The position numbers and the translations under genes were made by a program. The notes under the pieces are model-generated. The model did not search any database and was not told where the DNA came from. It worked only from the letters and a program-made list of their open reading frames with translations. A stretch of DNA of 64,000 bases from an uncultured Mucispirillum sp. (GTDB lineage Bacteria > Chrysiogenota > Deferribacteres > Deferribacterales > Mucispirillaceae): contig CALVEY010000006.1 of NCBI GenBank assembly GCA_944326705.1, positions 1,397-65,396 of the forward strand, written 5' to 3'. Below are positions 49,521 through 58,992 of the stretch, in pieces. Each line of letters begins with the position of its first letter. Positions within the stretch are counted from its first letter, which is position 1.

Positions 49521-49607
49521 TTAAAAAAGAATATGAAGTGGTGGTTTAATAAAAAACCTGTCAAAAGATAGTTTAGAAAAAAGTGAGTATTGTGGATATA
49601 AATTCAT
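49521..49607 (-). CDS. Candidate 28-aa leader peptide MNLYPQYSLFSKLSFDRFFIKPPLHILF
   Basis: AAGGA RBS 8 nt upstream; lies directly behind a strong promoter. Confidence 0.35.
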   Translation of the reverse strand: MNLYPQYSLFSKLSFDRFFIKPPLHILF

Positions 49608-49629
49608 AATTTTAGTCCTTATATTACCC

Positions 49630-49658
49630 AATCTAACACATTTATAAAGTAATGTCAA
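49630..49658 (-). promoter_or_regulatory. Sigma70 promoter facing the MATE operon
   Basis: TTGACA-17-TAGATT with extended -10 TG. Confidence 0.65.
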
Positions 49659-49694
49659 ATAAAAAAAATAAATTTAAAAAATCTATCTTTTTTA

Positions 49695-49723
49695 TTGACA
49701 TATAAGTCATATACCGCTATCTT
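49695..49723 (+). promoter_or_regulatory. Sigma70 promoter of tkt
   Basis: TTGACA-17-TATCTT. Confidence 0.6.
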
Positions 49724-49779
49724 CCATTTCAAGTAGTTATGTTTTAAGTAACTGTATTACAGTATGAAGGGTTAAAGTT

Positions 49780-51705
49780 ATGGACTTTCAAAGTTTTTCA
49801 GACAAAATCGCAGGTCTTGATTACAGCAGGTTAGAGCAGGACGCTCTCTTATGCAGAGGCGATATTCTTACTATGACAACACTTGCAGCCAGCGGTCACC
49901 CAGGCGGCTCAATGTCAACTATTGATGCACTTTTAACAGTTTATAATGTTGCAAACATTAACCGCAATAATCTTCATGATTTAAATAGAGATAGAATCTT
50001 TGTTTCTCATGGTCATATTTCTCCAGCAGTTTATTCTTGCCTTGCAAAAAAAGGTATTTTGCCGCAGGATGAATATATTGCATATTTTAGAAAAGCAGGC
50101 AGTATGTATGAGGGCCATATTGAACGCTCTATTCCTGGCGTTGAATGGACAACAGGCAATCTTGGTCAGGGGCTTTCTGCAGCATGTGGCGCTGCTGTTG
50201 CAGGAAAAGTTAATGGCAATGATTTTGATGTTTATGTATTTATGGGCGATGGAGAGCATGAAAAAGGTCAGATTACAGAAGCTAGAAGATTTGCAGTTAA
50301 ATACAACCTTTCAAATATTACAGTAATTGTTGATTATAATACATTACAAATTTCTGGAGATATTTCCAAAGTTATGCCTTCTATGAATATTGCAGAAAGC
50401 TATAAATCAGACGGCTGGGAAGTGCTGCAGATAGATGGTCATAATTTTAAAGAGATAGCTGCTGCTTTATTAAAAGCAAAATCATGCAGCAAACCAGTAT
50501 GTATTATTGCAGAAACTGCAATGGGCAGCGGTGTTTCTTTTATGGAGCATAAAGCAGGCTTCCATGGTGCACCACTTTCAGAAGAGCAGTATTATGAAGC
50601 TATGAAAGAGTTAAAATTAGAGCCAACTCTTGAAAAATATAAAGAAATGCGTAAAGGCTTTATGTGGGCAGCTCCACATATAAAAGCTGAAAATCCTAAA
50701 ATAAATATAAATCCAGGCAGCCGTATTATGTATGGCGCTGATGTTAAAACAGATAATAGAAGTGCTTTCGGTGCTGCCTTATTAGATTTAGTAAAATTAA
50801 ATAAATCTGAAGGATATACAGATGTTGTTGTTTTTGACTGTGACTTAGCAGGCTCAGTTAAAACAAATGGTGTAGAAAAAAACTACCCTGAAAACTTCTT
50901 TCAGTGCGGTATTGCAGAACACCATACAGCAGTATGTGCTGGTGCTGCATCAGTTAATGGTGTTATCAGCTTTTTTGCAGATTTTGGTATGTTTGGTGTT
51001 GATGAAGTTTATAACCAGCAGCGTTTAAATGAAATTAACTCAGCTAACCTTAAAGTAGTTACTACCCATGTAGGCATAGATGTTGGCGAAGACGGCAAAA
51101 CTCACATGTGTATAGACTATATAGGGCTTTTAAGAAATATATTTGACTTTAAAATTATTGTGCCTGCTGACCCTAATCAGGTTGATACAGTTATTAGATA
51201 TGCAGCAAAAGAGCAGGGCAATTTTCATGTTGCTATGGGCAGGTCTAAAATACCTGTTATTACAAAAGAAGACGGCTCAGTATTTTTTGATGAAAACTAT
51301 ACATTTAACTATGGCGAAATAGATGTTATAAAACAGGGCAGTGATGGTGTTATATTAGCTTACGGCTCTACATTATATAGAGCTGTGCAGGCTCATGATA
51401 TATTAAAATCAAAAGGCTTAAATTTTGCAGTTATTAATGTATCAAGCCCTGCTTATATAAGCGATGAAGCATTTAATAAAATAGCTGAATACAAAAAAAT
51501 ATTTACTTATGAAGACCATATTTCATCAACTGGCTTATATGGCACAATAGCTAATATGGCTTTAAGCAGAAAGAAATTTATTGATGCTGCATATTTTGGT
51601 GTTAATGAATTTCCAATGTCTGGTAAATCTGATGAAGTATATGATATGCTTTCATTAAGCCCTGAAAAAGTGGCAGAAAATATTCTTAAAGAAATGGGTG
51701 CTTAA
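49780..51705 (+). CDS. tkt: Transketolase
   Basis: SGHPGGSMS, SHGH, TGNLGQG, MGDGE...N TPP motif, GIAEHH, THVG..VGEDG.TH. Confidence 0.93.
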   Translation: MDFQSFSDKIAGLDYSRLEQDALLCRGDILTMTTLAASGHPGGSMSTIDALLTVYNVANINRNNLHDLNRDRIFVSHGHISPAVYSCLAKKGILPQDEYIAYFRKAGSMYEGHIERSIPGVEWTTGNLGQGLSAACGAAVAGKVNGNDFDVYVFMGDGEHEKGQITEARRFAVKYNLSNITVIVDYNTLQISGDISKVMPSMNIAESYKSDGWEVLQIDGHNFKEIAAALLKAKSCSKPVCIIAETAMGSGVSFMEHKAGFHGAPLSEEQYYEAMKELKLEPTLEKYKEMRKGFMWAAPHIKAENPKININPGSRIMYGADVKTDNRSAFGAALLDLVKLNKSEGYTDVVVFDCDLAGSVKTNGVEKNYPENFFQCGIAEHHTAVCAGAASVNGVISFFADFGMFGVDEVYNQQRLNEINSANLKVVTTHVGIDVGEDGKTHMCIDYIGLLRNIFDFKIIVPADPNQVDTVIRYAAKEQGNFHVAMGRSKIPVITKEDGSVFFDENYTFNYGEIDVIKQGSDGVILAYGSTLYRAVQAHDILKSKGLNFAVINVSSPAYISDEAFNKIAEYKKIFTYEDHISSTGLYGTIANMALSRKKFIDAAYFGVNEFPMSGKSDEVYDMLSLSPEKVAENILKEMGA

Positions 51706-52392
51706 TTGATAATTTCTGGTAGAAACCCTGTAATAGAAGCTAAAAAAAGCGGTAAAGCTAAAAAGATAATTGTCAGGCAGGGGGCAAGTATCCATTTTGA
51801 TAATATAAACATACCTTTTGAAGTGCTTGGTAGAAGAGCTTTTGAAGAAAAATACGGCACAGAAACTCAAGGGGTAGTTTGTGAGGTAGATGATTTTGAA
51901 TATACTGATTTAAAAGATATTCTTAAAAAATCATCACAGATAGAGGGTGTAGTTTTTTTAGATAAAATACAAGACCCACATAATTTTGGTGCAGTAATAA
52001 GAGCCTGCCACTGCTTTGGTATAAGGCATATTATTGTTCCACGACATGACCAGGCGAAAGTTAGCCCTGCTGTATATAAAGCCAGTGCAGGTTCATTATT
52101 TTATACAGAAATATGTGAAGTAGTTAATCTTGGCCAGGCAATAGATGAATTTAAAAGTAAAGGTTTTTCTATTGCTGCAGCAGATATTAATGGTGATATT
52201 AATTTAAAATCAACATCAAGTATTGTAAAATTTCCACTTGGTGTTATAATAGGCTCAGAGGGCAGGGGTATTAGAGAAAGTATCCTTGAACGAGCTGACT
52301 ATAAACTTAAAATTGGTATGGCATCAGATATTGATTCTCTTAATGCATCTATGAGCTGTGCCGTTATACTTTATCAGCTTTTCAGCAGGTAG
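51706..52392 (+). CDS. rlmB: 23S rRNA Gm2251 methyltransferase (TrmH/SpoU family)
   Basis: TTG start; GRNPV.EA, QDPHNFGAVIR, GSEGRG, SLNAS. Confidence 0.88.
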   Translation: MIISGRNPVIEAKKSGKAKKIIVRQGASIHFDNINIPFEVLGRRAFEEKYGTETQGVVCEVDDFEYTDLKDILKKSSQIEGVVFLDKIQDPHNFGAVIRACHCFGIRHIIVPRHDQAKVSPAVYKASAGSLFYTEICEVVNLGQAIDEFKSKGFSIAAADINGDINLKSTSSIVKFPLGVIIGSEGRGIRESILERADYKLKIGMASDIDSLNASMSCAVILYQLFSR

Positions 52393-52395
52393 TAT

Positions 52396-52830
52396 ATGGC
52401 AGCAGTCAGGCTTGCAGTTGAGGGTAAAGTTAAGGATAAAGTAATACTTGACTTTATAAGCGAATACCAAAAACGCCTTTCTCCATATTTTAAACTGGAG
52501 CTTTTAGAACTGGGTGAAGGCGGTAAATATTTTGAAAAATTAAGTAAACAACAGTCTGCATCAGAAATATTTATTGCAATGGATGCAGGCGGGAAAAAGT
52601 TTACAAGTGAAGGGTTTGCAGAATGGTTTGAAGCTAAACGCAGCCTTTCAAAAAATATAACATTTGTAATAGGAGAGGCAACAGGGCTGTCTAAACAGGC
52701 GAGAGAGGCAGCATGTGAATTTATATCCCTTTCTGATATGACATTTTCATATAAACTTAGTCTTATGGTAATGGCAGAGCAGATATACAGGGCTGTAACT
52801 ATCATCACAGGGCATCCCTATCACAAGTAG
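52396..52830 (+). CDS. rlmH: 23S rRNA m3Psi1915 methyltransferase
   Basis: FVIGEA.G, SLSDMTFS, EQIYRA..I..GHPYHK. Confidence 0.93.
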   Translation: MAAVRLAVEGKVKDKVILDFISEYQKRLSPYFKLELLELGEGGKYFEKLSKQQSASEIFIAMDAGGKKFTSEGFAEWFEAKRSLSKNITFVIGEATGLSKQAREAACEFISLSDMTFSYKLSLMVMAEQIYRAVTIITGHPYHK

Positions 52831-52839
52831 GAGCGTAAG

Positions 52840-53202
52840 ATGGATAAGGCGACTAAGGAGCATTTCCGTGAAAAACTGCTTGCTATGAAAAAAGAGCTTA
52901 TAGAAGCTTTAAACAGCAAGTATAACGAAGCATTAGAGCTTGGTTCTGACGGTATTCAGGATACAGCTGATGAGGCATATAATCTTTATAATAAGAATAT
53001 TATGCTTGGCAGAGTTGAAACAGATGCTCTTAAACTAAGACTTGTTGATCAGGCTTTGCAGAGAATTGAAAATGATACATACGGTGTATGTATAGAATGT
53101 GAGGAAGAAATAAGCCCTCGCAGACTAGAATATGTTCCATTTGCAAGATACTGCACAGAATGTAAAAGTGAGCTGGAGAAAAAAGGCTTAATAAAAATGT
53201 AG
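52840..53202 (+). CDS. dksA: DksA/TraR family transcription factor
   Basis: Coiled-coil tip DTADEA, zinc finger CIEC-x17-CTEC. Confidence 0.88.
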   Translation: MDKATKEHFREKLLAMKKELIEALNSKYNEALELGSDGIQDTADEAYNLYNKNIMLGRVETDALKLRLVDQALQRIENDTYGVCIECEEEISPRRLEYVPFARYCTECKSELEKKGLIKM

Positions 53203-53215
53203 TATGGCTTTTTTT

Positions 53216-53274
53216 AAGGGGCATTTTTCCCCCTTTTGAATATATAAAAGCTGCCTTATTTTATATAAGGCAGC
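53216..53274. terminator. Two back-to-back terminators between convergent genes
   Basis: AAGGGG/CCCCTT then TT (plus strand); GCTGCCTTAT/ATAAGGCAGC with an A4 flank (minus strand). Confidence 0.65.
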
Positions 53275-53555
53275 CCTTACTGTATTTTATAAGTTATTAT
53301 CTGCTTTACTTATCTTTCACTTATTATTTCTATAATAAGTATAGTTTTGCTCGCTCTAAATTCCCTAAAAATTATCATTTCTATATTATAAGTATAATGA
53401 TTTTATGTTTTATATGCTTTTTATAAAATCTAAGTGACATATAAATTATGTTGTTTTTTACACTGAAACTGTCTGCTGCATCTATTATTAAGTAATATAA
53501 TCTAATAAATATCAGCAGACAGAAAGAGTATTAAGATAAAGCTTTATTTAATACT

Positions 53556-55196
53556 TTAAAAAAGCGTATAAAATGTAGTAGTATTTGTGCCTTTTAACAA
53601 TATATTTTCTGGTATAGTCTGCCATTTTTTATACTGAAATGTATAAGGCACAGCATTTGTTTTTTCATAGCCAGAATAAGTAGTAAAAGTATCTGTGAAT
53701 GGTGGAGTATCTATAAAAATATCAAGCATTTCTGCAAGGCTTATATAGCTTGATAAATATTCTTGAGTATTTTCTTTATAATTAAATTCAGGCACATTAT
53801 ATCGTGCATCTTCAGTAACATTTCTGCCTGTAACAAGTATCATTTTAATAAAATCTTTATATAAATCATTAAAATTCATATTAGATGCTTCTTCTATAGC
53901 TTTATATCCAGTATGTGCAGATTTGATTATTTTTTTAAGACCTTCATCGCCAAACCTGTAATAAAAATAACGCATAAAAAGGTAAGAATACCCATAGCTT
54001 AAATTAGGTGTATTATTAACTAATGAAATATCTGTTTCAAAAGCAAAAAAGTTTAATACATAATCACGCATTATTGATGGATATCCTGTATAGTAGGCTG
54101 TTAATGTGGAAAATCCTTCATTTATCCAGTAATCCATAAAGGGCTCAACACCTGCATTTGTTCTAACATCAAATAATGCCATGTGATGAAATTCATGGAT
54201 TAGTGTGGCAGTTAATTTTGCTTTATTTGATTCCCAGTCTGTATTATTTAATAAATAGGCTGATTCTACATACATTACATCTGCTTCATTAGAATGTATG
54301 CCAGATGGGGAGGTTAATGTATCGCTGTATTTATCTGCTGAATAGAAAAAGCCTAAAACATTATTACCTATTGGGGTAAAAAGGAAAATAATTTTACCAT
54401 TTCCATCTACATCACTTTCCTGACCACATTTTTCATGGACTTTTTGATATGCTGCTTCAAACTGCTGTTCAATATATGATATTCTGCTTATATCTATATC
54501 TGAAATGGAAACTCTATCATCAAGAAAATAATAGACATTATTAGAAATATATATACATGTTGCACTTGTAAGAGACTGCTGCATTGTGGCTGTATCTGTT
54601 ATCCATATATTTTCCCATTTTGTATTAAGAGATATATTTGCTGGCAAAGTTTTATAAAGTGATTGATTATTATTTTTTATAGGCTTAATATTTTTTTCTT
54701 TTACAAGTTTATTAAAATCTATCTGCTGTTTAATAAGATTTCTATTGCCGTCATTGTTTGTAGCAACAGGACTGTTTTCTATATATTTTTTCATAGATGC
54801 AGTATTATTATTTGAAGCAGTAAGAGAATAATACACAGCTGCAGGAAGATTATCTGTTGGAGTTTGTGGTATATGGCTTGAAATAGTGTATAAGTTAAGG
54901 TTTGGAGATGTTATATTATCAATTATTCCGCCGTCACTTATAGAAGGCACTGTTTCATTATCTTCTGGTTTTGGCTCAGTTGTTTCGTTATCATTTGTGC
55001 CACCAGTGTTTCCAGTATCATCATCAGTATTTCCTGTATCACCACCAGAGCCACCTGTATCACCATTATCACCTGAGCCGCCAGTATCAACACTTCCGCC
55101 ACCACCTATATTATCAAAATTATTAGAAGTGCTGTTGCCTGTTCCACAGCCCAAAATAACTAAAACACAAAATATTGATAATATAATTTTCTTCAT
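53556..55196 (-). CDS. Lipoprotein zinc metallopeptidase (M30/MA-like) with Gly/Asp/Thr-rich linker
   Basis: Lipobox ILGC from MKKIIL (55196); DVDGNGK, TLIHEFHHM (HExxH), WINEG. Confidence 0.78.
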   Translation of the reverse strand: MKKIILSIFCVLVILGCGTGNSTSNNFDNIGGGGSVDTGGSGDNGDTGGSGGDTGNTDDDTGNTGGTNDNETTEPKPEDNETVPSISDGGIIDNITSPNLNLYTISSHIPQTPTDNLPAAVYYSLTASNNNTASMKKYIENSPVATNNDGNRNLIKQQIDFNKLVKEKNIKPIKNNNQSLYKTLPANISLNTKWENIWITDTATMQQSLTSATCIYISNNVYYFLDDRVSISDIDISRISYIEQQFEAAYQKVHEKCGQESDVDGNGKIIFLFTPIGNNVLGFFYSADKYSDTLTSPSGIHSNEADVMYVESAYLLNNTDWESNKAKLTATLIHEFHHMALFDVRTNAGVEPFMDYWINEGFSTLTAYYTGYPSIMRDYVLNFFAFETDISLVNNTPNLSYGYSYLFMRYFYYRFGDEGLKKIIKSAHTGYKAIEEASNMNFNDLYKDFIKMILVTGRNVTEDARYNVPEFNYKENTQEYLSSYISLAEMLDIFIDTPPFTDTFTTYSGYEKTNAVPYTFQYKKWQTIPENILLKGTNTTTFYTLF

Positions 55197-55261
55197 ATTT
55201 CGCTCCATAAAAATGAATACTATATTAATAATATATAAGTTTAAGCAAAATATTCAATATT

Positions 55262-56386
55262 TTATGGGTTTGTATTCCTGCCGTATACATTAATAAATAT
55301 TATTTCAGCATTAGTTCCAATTCTAACAGGTGGTCCCCATAAGCCTATACCGCTAGATACTATATAATAAAATCCATCGTCTAAAAGCATACCATGAGAA
55401 AGATGTGTCATTTTGCGGACTATTAAATTAAGAGGAAAAGTCTGCCCGTCATGGGTATGTCCTGAAATTTGTATATCTGCATTTATTTTTTTGCCATCTT
55501 CTAAACCTTTTGGCACATGGTCAAGAATGATTAATGGCTTAGTTTTATCTTCTATTTTATCATAAAGAGCTTGAATATTCTGCCTTTTACTGCCGTTATC
55601 ATTAGTGTGACGCAGACTATCCCTGCCTATAATATAAAATCCTTTTTCTTCAATATAAGTAACATCATCTATTAATGTATTTATATTTGCCTGTTCTAAA
55701 AGATTTTTTATAGTATTTATATCTGCACTGTAATAATCATGGTTGCCAACAACTGCATAAACACCAAGTGGTGCACTTAATTTTTTTAATTCATCAAGAT
55801 GCGCCTGTGTTAAATCTTTTATATTATTATCAACAATATCGCCTACAATGAAAATAATATCAGGCTTCATATTGTTGATAGTGTTTATTTCTTTATTCAG
55901 CCTTTTTGGGCTCATATCTGCTCCAATATGTAAATCAGAAAAGGCTGCAATTTTAAAGTATTCTTTTAAATTTTTGTTTAAAGTAATATTATATTCAGTA
56001 ACTTTTGTGTTATGGCTGTTAATATAGCCATATATTGTAGTAATTAATGTAAGGATAATTACAATAGATACCTGCACTGTATGGCTTAAAAATGGAGTAT
56101 GCAGCAGTTTAAAAATAAGCCTTAAAATATCTGTTGCTACTAGATACATAAAAAAATAGTTAGTAAAACCAAGTATTAAATGTGTGGCAAATACAATACT
56201 GTGAGGTAAATGTATACCAAGTGTTCTTACTAAGACTCTTGCAATTAAAAAAGTGCTGGATAAAATAAGGAATATAATAATAACAAGCCACATATTATAC
56301 TTTTTAAAAAATGCCTGATAAAGTCTGAATGCAATATAGGAGCCAAAAACAATGTTCTGCAGCAAAATTAATAAAATTATACCCAT
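55262..56386 (-). CDS. Membrane-anchored metallophosphoesterase (YkuE-like)
   Basis: Four N-terminal TM helices; SDLHIG, GDIVD, GNHD, LDHVP, SGHTHDGQ. Confidence 0.92.
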   Translation of the reverse strand: MGIILLILLQNIVFGSYIAFRLYQAFFKKYNMWLVIIIFLILSSTFLIARVLVRTLGIHLPHSIVFATHLILGFTNYFFMYLVATDILRLIFKLLHTPFLSHTVQVSIVIILTLITTIYGYINSHNTKVTEYNITLNKNLKEYFKIAAFSDLHIGADMSPKRLNKEINTINNMKPDIIFIVGDIVDNNIKDLTQAHLDELKKLSAPLGVYAVVGNHDYYSADINTIKNLLEQANINTLIDDVTYIEEKGFYIIGRDSLRHTNDNGSKRQNIQALYDKIEDKTKPLIILDHVPKGLEDGKKINADIQISGHTHDGQTFPLNLIVRKMTHLSHGMLLDDGFYYIVSSGIGLWGPPVRIGTNAEIIFINVYGRNTNP

Positions 56387-56428
56387 ACTACCTCCAATAA
56401 AATGTTAATGTAATATTGCTGTTTTATA

Positions 56429-57541
56429 TTACTTATTAGCAACATTAATCAGCATTATTTCAGAATCAGTACCTACTCGAACAGGCGGTCCCCATAAACC
56501 AAGACCGCTTGTAACAAAAAAATGAAATCCGTCATAATTTTTCATACCGTGGGAAAGTTCATACATTTTTTTAACAATCAGGTTAATAGGGAACAGCTGC
56601 CCGTCATGAGTATGTCCTGAAATTTGTATGTCTGCATTTATTTTCCTGCCATCAAGTGATGATTTTGGTATATGGTCAAGTATTATTACTGGTTTTGTTT
56701 TATCATCTATGCGGCTGTATAAAGTTTCTATACTTGTTCTTTCATAATTAGATGAATTAGTATGACGAAGGCTGTCTCTGCCTATAATATAAAACTCTTT
56801 TTCTGGAATATATACTACATCATCTATTAATGTTTTAAAGCCTGCTCTATTAAATTTGTATAACACATCTTTTTTGCTGCCGCTGTAATATTCATGATTG
56901 CCAAATACTACATATACGCCAAGCGGTGCTTCAATCTTCCTAAATTTTTCAATATATTCATCTGTAAAGTCGTATACATTATTATCTATAATATCTCCTG
57001 CAATAAATACAATATCAGGCTCTAACTCATTTATTTTTTGTATTTCTTTATTAAGTCTTGCTGGTGATATATCTGAGCCAATATGTATATCTGCCAGTGC
57101 AGCTATTTTAAAAGGCGAATATACTGTTTTATTTAATGAAATGTTATATTCTTTTATTTTTGTAATGTGGCTGTTTAAAAATCCAAGTAAAAAAATGATA
57201 GCAGATAATGAAACAACTATAATACCTTGTATATTGTTATTAATAAAAGGTATTTTAAAAAGCTTAAATATTAATTTCACTATATCAGTAGTAAGAAAGA
57301 GAATGAATACATATATAGATAGTGCTAAAATTATGTCAGAAATAAAAATTACTGCATTTGAAAGCTGTGTATCTGAAAATTTTTCTATGCTTCTTGTAAT
57401 AATGAACAGGTTGCATATTATCATAACAAATGGAGTAACTTTTGCTCTATTGTATTTAGCAAAAAAAGATAAATGTATATGGTATGCTATATAAATTGAA
57501 AACACAATATTTAGTATTAGAATAAATACCAGCATGCTCAT
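56429..57541 (-). CDS. Membrane-anchored metallophosphoesterase (tandem paralog)
   Basis: AGGAG RBS before ATG 57541; ADIHIG, GDIID, GNHE, LDHIP, SGHTHDGQ. Confidence 0.92.
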   Translation of the reverse strand: MSMLVFILILNIVFSIYIAYHIHLSFFAKYNRAKVTPFVMIICNLFIITRSIEKFSDTQLSNAVIFISDIILALSIYVFILFLTTDIVKLIFKLFKIPFINNNIQGIIVVSLSAIIFLLGFLNSHITKIKEYNISLNKTVYSPFKIAALADIHIGSDISPARLNKEIQKINELEPDIVFIAGDIIDNNVYDFTDEYIEKFRKIEAPLGVYVVFGNHEYYSGSKKDVLYKFNRAGFKTLIDDVVYIPEKEFYIIGRDSLRHTNSSNYERTSIETLYSRIDDKTKPVIILDHIPKSSLDGRKINADIQISGHTHDGQLFPINLIVKKMYELSHGMKNYDGFHFFVTSGLGLWGPPVRVGTDSEIMLINVANK

Positions 57542-57560
57542 AAGCTCTCTCCTTTTTAAA

Positions 57561-57589
57561 ATTATATACATAAAATTGACACTTATCAA
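57561..57589 (-). promoter_or_regulatory. Sigma70 promoter of the phosphoesterase pair
   Basis: TTGATA-17-TATAAT. Confidence 0.7.
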
Positions 57590-57629
57590 GAAAAAGTGAT
57601 AACTGCCGTAAAAAAGTTTGACAAATGCC

Positions 57630-57726
57630 AAAAAAAGACTGCCGAAAATAAATTCCGGCAGTCCGATTCAGCTTATAGCTGCATAGGAGTTCAAATATAA
57701 CACAGGGGAGGTTGTTTATATTTGAA
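57630..57726 (-). ncRNA. Candidate small RNA: anti-SD-loop hairpin, short hairpin, intrinsic terminator
   Basis: 11-bp perfect stem (57690-57700/57716-57726) with ACCUCCCCUG loop; CAGC/GCUG hairpin; GACUGCCG/CGGCAGUC followed by U7. No clear promoter found. Confidence 0.45.
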
Positions 57727-57931
57727 AAAAATATATATATGGGAAAGAATAAAAAAGACTTAATTTGTCTTATATTATGAATATATGTTTTTTTAGAGAA
57801 AAATCAAGTATTAAAATATAAAAAAGTGAAATTATTTATATAATTTATACACATTTTATAAAAGTAAAGAAAGTAAAGATATAAGATATTGATAATAAAA
57901 GAAAAATGTTTTTTAAAAAAGAATGTAAAAT

Positions 57932-57971
57932 AAAAATGCCTGCCAAAATGTCTACACAATTCAGCAGGCAT
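57932..57971 (-). terminator. Terminator after the substrate-binding protein array
   Basis: ATGCCTGC/GCAGGCAT stem, T run on the minus strand; long loop. Confidence 0.55.
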
Positions 57972-57987
57972 ATATAAATATGGTTTA

Positions 57988-58983
57988 TTATTTTGTAATC
58001 AGTTTGCCATCTTTAATAAGATACTGTGCAGAATTAATTAATTCATCACTGAAAGTGATACCTAATAATTTTGCAGTATCTAAATCAAGCAGTTTATTAT
58101 AAAATTTAGGGTCATTTAATGACTGTATTGGAAGTTCTTCTGCTTTTTTGCCCTGCAGCACTTCAGCAATAAGTTTGCCTGTCATTCTGCCCATTTCATA
58201 ATAGCTGAAACCTAAAGCATAAACAACGCCGCCATTTAATGTTGGAGTAATATCGCCTCCAAAAACTGGTATTTTATTTTGTTTAGCAGTGTCAGTTAAT
58301 GCAGACATAGCTGTTGCAATAGAGTTATCTGTAAAGCAGTAAAAAGCATCAACTCTTGAAACAAGGCTTTCTGCTGCCTGTTTTACTTCTGCAGGAGTTG
58401 CAATAGTCTGCACAATAAGTTCAACACCAAGTTCATCACAAACCTGTTTTGTAGTTTCTGCCATACTTACAGAGTTTGATTCAGATGTTGTATAGATAAT
58501 ACCGAGTTTTTTAAAGTTATATATTTTTTTAAATTCAGTAAGCTGTTCTCTTATAGGTATAGCATCTATAACGCCTGTAATATTTTTATTGCCTTGTGTG
58601 ATAGATGAGGCAATACCTGCTTTTACTGGGTCAGTAACTGCTGTAAAAACAATAGGTGTGTTAGGAAGCTGATTTGCAAGTGTAACTGTAATAGGTGTTG
58701 CAATACCAACTGCTACATCAACATTATCACTTTTAAATTTACTTGCAATAGCAGATGATATATTTAAATCGCCATTAGCATTCTGTAAATCAATATTTGC
58801 TTTTACATTTAAATCTTCTAATTCATCAAGTATACCTTTTTCAGCATCATTTAATGAATTATGTGATATTAATTTTGCAATACCAATAGTAGGCAGTTCT
58901 GGTTTTTTTGCTTCATTTTTTTTACATGCAGTAAAACTAACTGCAAGGCATACAATAAGTATTATAAATAACAGTCTTTTCAT
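57988..58983 (-). CDS. ABC substrate-binding lipoprotein (ABC_sub_bind/TrpX-like)
   Basis: Lipobox FTAC; H.SL, NANGD, GIAT, VTDP, NITG, E.NS, TDN. Confidence 0.9.
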   Translation of the reverse strand: MKRLLFIILIVCLAVSFTACKKNEAKKPELPTIGIAKLISHNSLNDAEKGILDELEDLNVKANIDLQNANGDLNISSAIASKFKSDNVDVAVGIATPITVTLANQLPNTPIVFTAVTDPVKAGIASSITQGNKNITGVIDAIPIREQLTEFKKIYNFKKLGIIYTTSESNSVSMAETTKQVCDELGVELIVQTIATPAEVKQAAESLVSRVDAFYCFTDNSIATAMSALTDTAKQNKIPVFGGDITPTLNGGVVYALGFSYYEMGRMTGKLIAEVLQGKKAEELPIQSLNDPKFYNKLLDLDTAKLLGITFSDELINSAQYLIKDGKLITK

Positions 58984-58992
58984 AATGATACC

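Noticed and set aside
57722-57820. Type I toxin ORF opposite the candidate sRNA
   Set aside because: The TTG-started peptide behind GGAGG (LKKIYIWERIKRL...) has no hydrophobic helix
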